A DNA stretch of 64,000 nucleotides. Source: a candidate division WOR-3 bacterium (GTDB lineage Bacteria; SDB-A). The notes under the pieces are model-generated. The model was not told where the DNA came from. It saw only the letters and a program-made list of their open reading frames with translations, and did not search any database. Shown here in pieces: positions 1-8,978 of the stretch. Each line of letters opens with the position of its first letter. Positions within the stretch are counted from its first letter, which is position 1. The stretch covers positions 10,849-74,848 of the forward strand of contig JAFGON010000040.1 of assembly GCA_016926475.1 (NCBI GenBank), read 5' to 3'. A program made the position numbers and the translations under genes.

Positions 1-2
1 GG

Positions 3-869
3 CATCCGCTTGTTTTCGGCAACGGTTACGACGCCATAGGCCTCTTGATGAGCGCTGAGCTTTCCTTTTCTGTCATCGCCCTGATGATATTTCTCAAGAT
101 TGCGGCGACTTCTTTTACAATTGGTTCTGGCGGATCCGGAGGCGTTTTTGCCCCTTCTCTTGTAATCGGAGCGATGACCGGCGGAGCTTTCGGAATGATT
201 GTGAGCGGATTTTTCCCTTCTCTGACTGCCGGGTTTCAGGCATACGCGATCGTCGGCATGGCGGCAGTTTTCGCGGGTATGAGCAGGGCGACTCTTACAG
301 CGATAATAATGGTTTTCGAGATGACCGGAAACTACAATATTATTATGCCTCTCATGCTTTCATGCGTGATAAGCGATATTCTGGCTGTCGTCACTCTGAA
401 AGGGAGTATCTACACCATAAAGTTGAAAAGGAGAGGTATTAATATTGAACATGACATGGAAATAAACGTGCTGGACACGGTAAAAGCCGGAGAAATTATT
501 GAAAGACAATCTGCTGTATTTTCCGAAAATGACACCATGGAATATGCCGTTTCTCTTGTGGCTAACACAAGCCAGAGAATTTTTCCTATCCTGAGGGAGA
601 ATGTCGTGAAAGGCGTGGTTTCAGAACATGAAATCTTGTCTTGTAAGGACAGACGCCAAAAGTATGTGAAAGATATAATGCGAAGCGACTTTGTCCAAGT
701 GTTTTCGGATCAGACGCTCGAAGAGATTTTGACGAAGTACTCATCCGAGGACACCTCTGCTTATGTGGTAGTCGAAGAAGAGAAAAAGCTTTTCCTGGGG
801 TTGATAACTCCCGAGGAGATCCTTCAAATTTACGGGGAGAAGAAACGGGCTCTTCTCAAGAAAATATGA
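3..869 (+). CDS. ClC-family chloride channel, C-terminal part with tandem CBS domains (5' end lies outside the window)
   Basis: The frame is open from the window edge. It contains GSGGSGGVFAPSLVIGAMTGGAFG, a ClC helix/selectivity-type motif, and a hydrophobic TM stretch. Two CBS-like repeats follow (VLDTVKAGEII..., VKDIMRSDFVQVF...). Confidence 0.7.
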   Translation, partial: HPLVFGNGYDAIGLLMSAELSFSVIALMIFLKIAATSFTIGSGGSGGVFAPSLVIGAMTGGAFGMIVSGFFPSLTAGFQAYAIVGMAAVFAGMSRATLTAIIMVFEMTGNYNIIMPLMLSCVISDILAVVTLKGSIYTIKLKRRGINIEHDMEINVLDTVKAGEIIERQSAVFSENDTMEYAVSLVANTSQRIFPILRENVVKGVVSEHEILSCKDRRQKYVKDIMRSDFVQVFSDQTLEEILTKYSSEDTSAYVVVEEEKKLFLGLITPEEILQIYGEKKRALLKKI

Positions 870-899
870 TCCGTCTTTAGGTCGGGATTTTGTGAAAAG

Positions 900-2942
900 T
901 CATTTTGTTTTTGGTCTTTTGAAAGAAATAAACCACTGCCTTTTTTTGCGTGCCGGATGAATGGAAGTCCAGAGCGCGTCTGGAAGGTATTGAACAGTTT
1001 CGCAGTAGTTGCATTTGACGTTTCTCGGAGTTTGAGGGGTAATTTTCAGGGGAGCTCCGCATTTGATGCAGCTTATTGAAACCGGTTCAACCCTGCTTTC
1101 AATTTCAGAATCTTCGCTTTGCCTTTCCGCGCTAAAGAGCTGAGCGTCTCCAACTAAATTCTTTAATTCATCGGGGGCGGGGAAAGAAGAATTGTTTTCC
1201 CCGCAAGACCGGCATTGGATAAATGAATCTTTGCCAAAGGGGTAAAGGTCTACTTCGAGTTCAGCCCCGCATTTTGCGCATTTTGGGTTTGTCAAGATTT
1301 TTTCGACTGTCAAATCATGGTATGTGAGCCGTCTTGTGACTCCAAGGTCGGACACCATGACGGTATTCCAAAAATCCGTACCGAGGTCTACCTTAGAAAG
1401 ACAAGATCTGCATTTAACCCAATTCAAGAGTCCGTTGACAAAAAGAGGCTGACTGCAGAAGGGGCATTTCATCTCGATTTTTAAACCCATGAATTCCGGT
1501 TTGAGTTCGTCGAATCTTGTCTTTGCTCTCTCTTTGACGCGGGGGTTGTCTGTTTTATTAAAAACCTCCCAAAGCAGGTGTCTTTTGGGTATGGAATCTA
1601 CCGCAATAAGAGAGACCGAAGTCTTGAAGTAGTTTATCGCGATATCCGTCAGTGTCTTTTCGTTTTCTATTCTGTGTATCGCGGCTTTGCACACCGAAGG
1701 GTCATCGTCTTCTCTTAAAATTCCGAGCAGAAAATCTTCTCCCGGTTTTCTAAGGTGTTCAATTGAAGCGACCCTGCCCTGAAAATGCTTTGAATTTCTG
1801 GAAAGTTCTTTTAAGACGTCGTCGTCTTGGATAAGCGACGCGAGTATTCTCGCGGTTGAGAGAGAACTCTCGTCTGAAAGCAAATCGCGTATCTCGGGAA
1901 TGCTGTCTCTTTGCAGCTTGTGTGCCGCGGTATGTTTTATGGTTTCATCCCGGGATTTCTTGATTATTCGAATCAAAGTCGATTGCCTGCGAGATTTATT
2001 CGCCAAAGCCATCAGAACAGGGCTGTTGTCTTCCCTTTGGGAGCGGCTCTCGAGAAAATCTTCGTCGGCGTCGAACTTCAGGATGGCTTTCGCCCTTATT
2101 TCGTCGCTTTTTGCGTCGACTGCTATTTTTTTCAGATGTCTCGCTATGTTTTTTCTGTTCAGCAGGTCAGAGGCGATTTTGTGGTTGTCTGTTTTCAAAG
2201 CTATATCGAGCAACAAATCTTCGTCTTCAATCCTTTCCACAGCCAGCCAATGAACGTCTGTCAGGTTTTCATCAAGGGCGATTTTGCGGAGTTTTTCCTG
2301 ATCTTTGATCAGAGACACAGCGGTTTCTTTAGCTTTGAAAGCAGGGTCTTTCATGGCGATTTCGAAAAGCGTGTTTTCGTTTTTAATCCGGGCTATATGC
2401 TTTGTCCTGAAGTCGACAAAACTGTGTTTCCACCGCGGCCTGAATATGTCCGCAATTTTGAACCTGACCTTGAATTTGTCCCTCTGGGAGAAAAGGAAAA
2501 GGTAAACGGCGACCCAAAAACCCGTCCAGACCAAAAACGGCATCGGATCGGAATAGACTTTCAAGAAAAGGTCTTCCAGACCGCTGAAAATTGAACTTGG
2601 TCTGACGACCCTGTAATACCCGATTCCATTCATTCCCATCATGGCGAATCCCAGCGCCATCTGACCCACGGCGGCGCAGATCCCTGCGGCGAATTGGCCA
2701 ACGCAGAAATAACCCACGGAAAATTGGGAAAGTGTCAGAAAACCCAAGCCGAACTGACCAATGAATACTATTCCTGTGCCGAACTGAGCAAGAGTTACCA
2801 CGCCCGTCCCCGCAAAACCGATAGAGAAAAAACCTTTTGAAAGAAAGCCTATTGAAATCAAAGGCATTCCGAAAATTCTGATTTTTGAATTCCACATAAA
2901 TTCTCCTGATTTGTAAATTGATTTTATACATGTTTGCCGCAA
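900..2942 (-). CDS. Hypothetical membrane-anchored HEAT-repeat protein with three C-terminal CxxC...CxxC zinc ribbons
   Basis: This is a 680-aa ORF. The N-terminus has glycine-zipper-like repeats (GQFGLGF, VGQFAAG, GxxxG) consistent with TM helices. The central region has repeated DxxxVRxxAxxxL-type HEAT/PBS-lyase-like units. The C-terminus has CPFCS...CRSC, CAKCG...CRSCG and CIKCG...CNYC. No family was recognised. Confidence 0.5.
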   Translation of the reverse strand: MRQTCIKSIYKSGEFMWNSKIRIFGMPLISIGFLSKGFFSIGFAGTGVVTLAQFGTGIVFIGQFGLGFLTLSQFSVGYFCVGQFAAGICAAVGQMALGFAMMGMNGIGYYRVVRPSSIFSGLEDLFLKVYSDPMPFLVWTGFWVAVYLFLFSQRDKFKVRFKIADIFRPRWKHSFVDFRTKHIARIKNENTLFEIAMKDPAFKAKETAVSLIKDQEKLRKIALDENLTDVHWLAVERIEDEDLLLDIALKTDNHKIASDLLNRKNIARHLKKIAVDAKSDEIRAKAILKFDADEDFLESRSQREDNSPVLMALANKSRRQSTLIRIIKKSRDETIKHTAAHKLQRDSIPEIRDLLSDESSLSTARILASLIQDDDVLKELSRNSKHFQGRVASIEHLRKPGEDFLLGILREDDDPSVCKAAIHRIENEKTLTDIAINYFKTSVSLIAVDSIPKRHLLWEVFNKTDNPRVKERAKTRFDELKPEFMGLKIEMKCPFCSQPLFVNGLLNWVKCRSCLSKVDLGTDFWNTVMVSDLGVTRRLTYHDLTVEKILTNPKCAKCGAELEVDLYPFGKDSFIQCRSCGENNSSFPAPDELKNLVGDAQLFSAERQSEDSEIESRVEPVSISCIKCGAPLKITPQTPRNVKCNYCETVQYLPDALWTSIHPARKKRQWFISFKRPKTK

Positions 2943-3037
2943 AAAAGAATTGAAATTACCGGACTGGAATAACTTTGGAATTCATAGGGTAATGATTTAT
3001 AATTCAACCAATGACTCACGTCACAAAAGGAGGTTTT

Positions 3038-5248
3038 ATGCCCAAGCAGGTCATAATATTCGCTTTGCTGGCTTTTTTCGGGTTTTCCTGCAGGGAAATA
3101 GGCACTCAACAAAACAACTTGCCGGACATCGTCAAACCCATCAACTCGCCAACCGAAAGAGTGTCAATGGAAAATGTCGAAATTACGACTGATTTTGGAA
3201 AGCAATTCTATGAGACCACACCTTACAGGTCCGAACCTGGAATGAAAACCGCTGGCCTGCCTTTTGACCAGAACGAAATAATAAACCTCGATGAAGTCCT
3301 GGCTTTCTCCGGCTTATCTTCTGTTCCCGCGGAACTGCTTCAAAACGGATTCATCATTTACACAGGTAAAAACCTTGGAGACAATCCTGTCGAAGCGTTT
3401 GAGATCGTAGAGAGCGCGGACCAGCCCGTTTATGTATCGTCGGGGATACCCCTTCATCTCATGCACATTTTTTTCGACAACTCGCTTAAATACTTGGAAG
3501 AAAAATTTATCTACGCGGATTTATTTGAAGTAATGGAGCATATATACAAAAAAAACATCGAAAGGGGAAATCAAACCGCCGCTTCATACGCCGGTGTTGC
3601 TCTCAAGCTTCTTGAACCGGATTACGAACTCGACATATCGGTTTCGGGTATGGTCGATCAGGAGCTGAAATTGATTGAAGAACACTCGGGTTTTGCGCAG
3701 AGTAACATTTTTGGGTACAAAGAAGATTTTTCCCAATACGTGCCAAGAGGACACTACCCCGCGAGCGATTCACTTAAAAGGTATTTCAAGGCGATGATGT
3801 GGCTTGGAAGGATGACTTTTCCACTTCATGGAAACCAAGGTCAGCAGGATATGTACCTCGTCTCAAACGAGGAAGCAATCTACCTCACTGCTACAGCTCT
3901 GCAGATAGTATCCGATCTTTGCTCCGACACGGCTCCTGACGGATCCAAGTACATAGACAAGTGGCGTAAAATATATACTCTGACAGCTTTCTTCGCCGGT
4001 TTTTCGGACGACATGTCTGTTCCAGAATACGCTGAAGCTTTTCGTGAAGCCACAGACCAGGAATTGACCGCCGGGGAGATATACACAGAGGAATTTCATG
4101 GAAAGATAGCACAAGTTTTGAAAAAATATTCTGATTCAAAAATATACAGCGGAACTGGGAGCCTTGTCTCAATGCCGGATTCCTCAGGAAATTTCGACCC
4201 TGAAGATTTGGATAAAGCTTTGACTATAACCCAGGGTTTCAGGCTTTTCGGCCAGAGATACACATTCGACAGTGAAGTTCTCGGCAAGATGGTCTTCCCG
4301 ACCGTGGGATACAACAGACAGGGAAATCAGCGCTTCATGCCATCCGGACTCGACATCGGAGCAGTATTTGGAAGCAGGAAAGCTTACGAAATACTCTGTA
4401 TTAGAGGCGACACGGCGTTTGCCGATTACGACAAATCACTTCAGTTCATGAAGGATAAAATCGGGAGTTTCGATCAGGATTTTTGGCATCAGACTCTTTA
4501 CAACAACTGGCTTTTGTGCGCACGCCTTGTTTTAAAAGACAAGGGCGAGGGCTACGCGGATTTCCTGAGGACTGAAGCTTGGCAGAACCATTGCCTGTCA
4601 AATTTTCTCGCCTCATGGTCCGCCCTTAGGCACGACAACATTCTATACGTAAAACAGAGCTACACCATGGAAGCTGGGTGCGCTCCTAATGATGAACCAT
4701 ACATCCCTCCGCCTCCCTCCGCAGGTTTTGTAGAACCTGTTCCTGAAGTCTACGCTGAAATACTATCCGTTCTCAACATGCTCCAAAGCGCCCTGGAATC
4801 TTACGGCTATTTCGACGAAGAGCTGAGCTACAAGTTCGAAATGGCGAATTACATGATGGAGACGGTCAAGGAGATATCCGAAAAAGAGCTCTCCGGAGAG
4901 GCGATAACCGCAGAAGAAGCGGATTTTCTGAAAAGTTTTTCTTCCGGTCTTGGAAACGCGATTTCCTCCGGAGGAGAACTATCCGAAGGAACCCAGACGA
5001 GTCTGGTGGCTGATGTCCACACTGACCAGAACAGCTCGTCGGTTCTCGAAGTCGCTTCAGGAAATCTCGACCTGGCTGTCGTAGTGTACGCCAGACCGGA
5101 TGGATACATTGAAGCCGCTATGGGGCCTGTCCTGAGCTACTGGGAGTTCACCTGGCCGATGAGCGACAGACTCACCGATGAGAAGTGGAGGAATTTGATT
5201 CGAGAAAATACAATCGCAAGACCGGAATGGGTCTATACCACCGATTGA
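3038..5248 (+). CDS. Hypothetical lipoprotein (large secreted protein, unknown function)
   Basis: Long ORF. The ATG at 3038 is preceded by aaaggagg. The signal peptide ends in a lipobox-like LLAFFGFSC. No catalytic motif was recognised. Confidence 0.5.
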   Translation: MPKQVIIFALLAFFGFSCREIGTQQNNLPDIVKPINSPTERVSMENVEITTDFGKQFYETTPYRSEPGMKTAGLPFDQNEIINLDEVLAFSGLSSVPAELLQNGFIIYTGKNLGDNPVEAFEIVESADQPVYVSSGIPLHLMHIFFDNSLKYLEEKFIYADLFEVMEHIYKKNIERGNQTAASYAGVALKLLEPDYELDISVSGMVDQELKLIEEHSGFAQSNIFGYKEDFSQYVPRGHYPASDSLKRYFKAMMWLGRMTFPLHGNQGQQDMYLVSNEEAIYLTATALQIVSDLCSDTAPDGSKYIDKWRKIYTLTAFFAGFSDDMSVPEYAEAFREATDQELTAGEIYTEEFHGKIAQVLKKYSDSKIYSGTGSLVSMPDSSGNFDPEDLDKALTITQGFRLFGQRYTFDSEVLGKMVFPTVGYNRQGNQRFMPSGLDIGAVFGSRKAYEILCIRGDTAFADYDKSLQFMKDKIGSFDQDFWHQTLYNNWLLCARLVLKDKGEGYADFLRTEAWQNHCLSNFLASWSALRHDNILYVKQSYTMEAGCAPNDEPYIPPPPSAGFVEPVPEVYAEILSVLNMLQSALESYGYFDEELSYKFEMANYMMETVKEISEKELSGEAITAEEADFLKSFSSGLGNAISSGGELSEGTQTSLVADVHTDQNSSSVLEVASGNLDLAVVVYARPDGYIEAAMGPVLSYWEFTWPMSDRLTDEKWRNLIRENTIARPEWVYTTD

Positions 5249-5279
5249 AAATTGCTGATTCAATAGAAGGTTGAAGACG

Positions 5280-6872
5280 ATGAAAAAAATAATTTTTCTG
5301 ATGGCTTTATCCGCCTCGCTGCAGGCGGAAACTATTAGGGTTGCGATCGCCGCGACTTCGGATCTTCAGAGCGTTTTGGTGCCGTACGAGTTGAAAATCG
5401 GAGACTCTGTTTTCACGGTCGGAGGATTCAGCAGGATATCTTCCTTTAAAAATAACCTCGAAAGCGATACTGCCCTCGACGGGGTCTTTCTCGTATCTTC
5501 GGGGGATGACTTCATCAACCCCATTTATTCGGTTTTTTCCGGGCAACCTGAAGTCAGAGGCATGAACTTAGCCCGTTATGACGTCTATTGTCCGGGAAAC
5601 CACGAATTCGACAACGGAACAAAGATGTTTTCAAACGCCATTTCAGAAGCCGAATTTGAAATAGTCTGTGCCAACATCACCTTTTCAGACAGCGCGCTAA
5701 ACGAAATTGTCAAAGACTATTCCACGTTTGAAATCGAGGGAGTGAAAATTGGATTTTTCGGTTTGATGACCCCGGATTTTTTTAAATTGACTAATCCCGG
5801 AGATTCACAGGTTTTCATGACCGAAGATATTTTTAAAGTCGCCGAGAGGGCGGTTGTCGAATTGGAATCTCTGGGATGCGGCGCGGTCATAGGTGTGACG
5901 CACACCGGTTTCAGGATTGACAGTTTGCTGGCTGAAAATGTCGAGGGCATCGACCTTATTATCGGAGGACACGACCACACCCAGTATTATGAGTACGTCA
6001 ACGGAGTCGCTCTCGTCCAGAACGGTGCTGGTTCGCAGACGATCGGAACCCTGTTTCTGACTTTCGAGGATGATTCTCTGAAGGTTATAGACTTTTGTTC
6101 GCGATACCTCGATTCGACAGTCGGTGAAGACGAGTTTGTCAGGGAAGAGATGGACGAATACTATGAAAAATACCAGGAAAGCCTTTCGGAGAAAATTGGC
6201 GTTTCTTTGACTTCTTTCGACACGAGAAAAGAAGTCGTGCGAGGAAAAGAGTCCAGTATCGGCGATCTGATATGCGACTCGTGGCTCTATTGGTTGGATG
6301 AAACCGATATCGCATTTATAAACGGCGGCTCTATAAGAGGAGACAGGGAGTTTCCGCCCGGAGACATAACCTACGGAACAATAGCTGAACTTCTGCCGTT
6401 CAGAAACGAAATAATTGAATTGAAAATGACTGGCAGCCAGATCAAGAGCGTTCTTGAGGTTTCAGCCTCGGGTCAGCTCGGGGCTCCCAACAACTGTCCG
6501 GATTCCATGAGAGCTTCATACGGAGGCTTTCTGCAGGTCGGTGGCATAAGATTTGTCATCGACACTTCCAAAGTTTCTTTCTGCGGCGTTTATTCGGGAA
6601 GAAACTTGATCGAAATCGTCGAACCCGGCGAGCGAATAAGCGAGGTGGAGGTTTTCGAAGACGGGAAATGGCTGGAACTCGAGTTGGACGGTCAATACAC
6701 CGTCATAGTCAGCGACTGGATAGCCGGGGGTGGAGACGGGCATTATGTTTTTTTGGACTCCTCGTTGGAGAGGGAATCGACTTCTATATACGCTCCTGAT
6801 CCGTTGTTGAACTTCATCCTGGAAAAAGGTGAAATCGAATTTTTTCCGGATGGAAGGATAAAAGTCAAGTAA
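5280..6872 (+). CDS. Secreted 5'-nucleotidase / UDP-sugar hydrolase-like metallophosphoesterase
   Basis: Signal peptide MKKIIFLMALSASLQA. Calcineurin-like motifs GNHEFD and GGHDHT, followed by a 5'-nucleotidase C-terminal-like domain. agaagg lies upstream of the ATG at 5280; the track's earlier start is a TTG. Confidence 0.8.
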   Translation: MKKIIFLMALSASLQAETIRVAIAATSDLQSVLVPYELKIGDSVFTVGGFSRISSFKNNLESDTALDGVFLVSSGDDFINPIYSVFSGQPEVRGMNLARYDVYCPGNHEFDNGTKMFSNAISEAEFEIVCANITFSDSALNEIVKDYSTFEIEGVKIGFFGLMTPDFFKLTNPGDSQVFMTEDIFKVAERAVVELESLGCGAVIGVTHTGFRIDSLLAENVEGIDLIIGGHDHTQYYEYVNGVALVQNGAGSQTIGTLFLTFEDDSLKVIDFCSRYLDSTVGEDEFVREEMDEYYEKYQESLSEKIGVSLTSFDTRKEVVRGKESSIGDLICDSWLYWLDETDIAFINGGSIRGDREFPPGDITYGTIAELLPFRNEIIELKMTGSQIKSVLEVSASGQLGAPNNCPDSMRASYGGFLQVGGIRFVIDTSKVSFCGVYSGRNLIEIVEPGERISEVEVFEDGKWLELELDGQYTVIVSDWIAGGGDGHYVFLDSSLERESTSIYAPDPLLNFILEKGEIEFFPDGRIKVK

Positions 6873-7558
6873 TGACGCATAAGGCTCTTGTCGTAGATTT
6901 AAGCTTTGATCAGGATTTTTACGATATGTTCAAAAAAGAACTCGAAGGTTTTGTGCAACCCGTATACGTCAACGGTTTTGAGATGAAATATCCTTCTTCA
7001 GATAAATTCTCGCTCATCGTCTTTTCCGGTTCCCAGCACTCTATCGAAAACGATTTCAAATGGCTCGATTACGCTATGGAATACTATCTTAAATGCTTTG
7101 AAAATTCCGTGCCGGTACTCGGTATCTGTTTCGGGCATCAACTCATCTCCAGAGCGCACGCCGGAAAAGACGCCGTAGGCAAGGTTAAAGTCCCTGAAAT
7201 GGGATTTGTTGAAATTTCACAATCCAGAGATTGCAAAGTGTTCGAAGGTCTTGAAAATCCTTTTAGAGCCATAGGAGCTCATTATGACGAGGTAAAAACT
7301 CTGCCAAAAGGGTTTAGGATTATAGCCGAAAACCAAAACTGTCATGTTCAGGCCATGATAAACGAGTCCAAATGTGTACTGGGACTTCAGTTTCACCCCG
7401 AGATTGACGGAAAGACAGCAAAAAAATTGTTCGAGAAAGAAGTTGATAAAATGAGAACTTACGGCGTCGATCTCAATAAAATAATCGCCGATACGCCTGA
7501 CGGCAGATTCGGAGCAGAAAGAATTTTCGAAAATTTCCTTCAATATTTTGTAATGTGA
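6872..7558 (+). CDS. Class I glutamine amidotransferase-like protein
   Basis: GICFGHQLI contains the Cys nucleophile in the G-x-C-x-G context; FHPE contains the His. TAATG overlap with the upstream gene. Confidence 0.65.
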   Translation: MTHKALVVDLSFDQDFYDMFKKELEGFVQPVYVNGFEMKYPSSDKFSLIVFSGSQHSIENDFKWLDYAMEYYLKCFENSVPVLGICFGHQLISRAHAGKDAVGKVKVPEMGFVEISQSRDCKVFEGLENPFRAIGAHYDEVKTLPKGFRIIAENQNCHVQAMINESKCVLGLQFHPEIDGKTAKKLFEKEVDKMRTYGVDLNKIIADTPDGRFGAERIFENFLQYFVM

Positions 7559-7566
7559 GGTCTATT

Positions 7567-8061
7567 ATGAAATCAATAGTGGTATTCTACTCGCTCGAAG
7601 GAAACACCGAATTCCTCGCGGCGGAAATAGCTAAAAAAACAGGTTCCGATATCCTGAGATTGATACAGAAAAGGGATTACAACCCCAGGGGAGCCCAGAA
7701 ATACATCCGGGGAGGGAAAGCTGTCATGATGAAGGAGAAGCCGGAGCTCGAACCTTATTCTTTTCGTCAGGAAGATTACGGTTTGTTGTTTTTGGGAACG
7801 CCGGTATGGGCGGGTTCTTTTGCTCCAGCTCTCAGAACATTTTTAAAACAAAACGTTTTCAACGATAAAATGTTCGCTCTTTTCTGCTGTCACGGCGGGG
7901 GAAAGAGAAAAGTTTTTGAAAACCTGGAGAAGATGCTCGAAGGCAACAAAGTTATCGGTAAAATTGATTTTTTGGAACCTTTGAAAAAAGACAGAGAATT
8001 ATCAATTCAAAAAGCTGTTGATTGGGCGCAAGAAATGTCCTTGAAAGCGGGTGGGAATTGA
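7567..8061 (+). CDS. Flavodoxin-like protein
   Basis: MKSIVVFYSLEGNTEFLAAEIAKKTG is a flavodoxin-type N-terminal FMN-binding loop (SxxGNT). The ATG at 7567 has gagg upstream; the track start is an upstream GTG. Confidence 0.55.
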   Translation: MKSIVVFYSLEGNTEFLAAEIAKKTGSDILRLIQKRDYNPRGAQKYIRGGKAVMMKEKPELEPYSFRQEDYGLLFLGTPVWAGSFAPALRTFLKQNVFNDKMFALFCCHGGGKRKVFENLEKMLEGNKVIGKIDFLEPLKKDRELSIQKAVDWAQEMSLKAGGN

Positions 8062-8063
8062 AA

Positions 8064-8978
8064 ATGTTTATTTTTCAAATTTTTGCCGTTTTGCCCATGG
8101 TTTTGTCAGGAGCCGATTTCTCCGGACGCTGGCAGACGACATACGGCGTCATGATCTTGGAACAGGAAGGGCAAAAGGTGACTGGCGGTTATTTCTTCAA
8201 CGGATACTGCCCCATAGAAGGAGAGGTGAATTCCTGGGGCAGGCTCGTTTTCAGGTACAACGAGCCGACAACATCCGGCGAAGGCTGGTTTGAGCTCTCT
8301 TCGGACGGGGATTCTTTTACCGGAAAGTGGAGAGAAGATGGAAAATCTCTTTGGTATGATTGGAATGGCTGCAGAAACGGGCTGTCTCTCGACACTTCGA
8401 AGATCTGGCTCGTAGTCCTCGAGGCTGAATGGCAGGAAACTCTCGACGAAAACGACTATTCTTTCGGCGAGATGCTCGAGGCTTTTTTCTCCCGCCTTCC
8501 AGACATCGAAGTCAGGCAGAGGTATGTCCACGATAAAGACGACCTGAGAAATTTCTGCGCTGAAACAGCTGGTCTTGACGGAAGAGTCTGCCTTTTGTTC
8601 GCGACGCATGGCGAGAAAGACGGCCTCGTCCTCAGGGATGGAATAGCGGGAGCGGAGGATATAGTGAGAGTTTTGGAACCTTGCGGCAATTTAGTTCTCG
8701 TCCATTTCAGCTCTTGCAACATAATGTCGGGTGAAGCGCCGGACAGAATAATAAATTCCCGTGACGACTGGCCCGAAGGTTTTGTCGTATCGGGCTACCT
8801 CAACCCAGTGGATTGGGCAGGCAGCGCCGTTTTCGAATTTTTCTACCTGAATTTGATTTTTGAGCAGGGCCTGACGCCGAGGGAAGCCGCAAAGACCGCC
8901 GAGTATCTCTTCAGATTTTCCGGTGAAGAAACCATAGACGGAATCGACGGACTGGGTTTTGAGTGGAAAGAGCCCTGA
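8064..8978 (+). CDS. Hypothetical secreted protein
   Basis: Starts MFIFQIFAVLPMVLSGA (signal-peptide-like). Contains LLFATHGEKDG ... LVLVHFSSCN, which is reminiscent of a clan-CD His-Gly/Cys dyad; this is a weak resemblance. Confidence 0.45.
   Translation: MFIFQIFAVLPMVLSGADFSGRWQTTYGVMILEQEGQKVTGGYFFNGYCPIEGEVNSWGRLVFRYNEPTTSGEGWFELSSDGDSFTGKWREDGKSLWYDWNGCRNGLSLDTSKIWLVVLEAEWQETLDENDYSFGEMLEAFFSRLPDIEVRQRYVHDKDDLRNFCAETAGLDGRVCLLFATHGEKDGLVLRDGIAGAEDIVRVLEPCGNLVLVHFSSCNIMSGEAPDRIINSRDDWPEGFVVSGYLNPVDWAGSAVFEFFYLNLIFEQGLTPREAAKTAEYLFRFSGEETIDGIDGLGFEWKEP

Noticed and set aside
1911-2594. 227-aa plus-strand ORF and other 60-180-aa ORFs antisense to large genes (e.g. 2383..2931, 22702..23235, 53547..54029)
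   Set aside because: They are shadow ORFs inside well-supported genes, with no homology and biased low-complexity composition.
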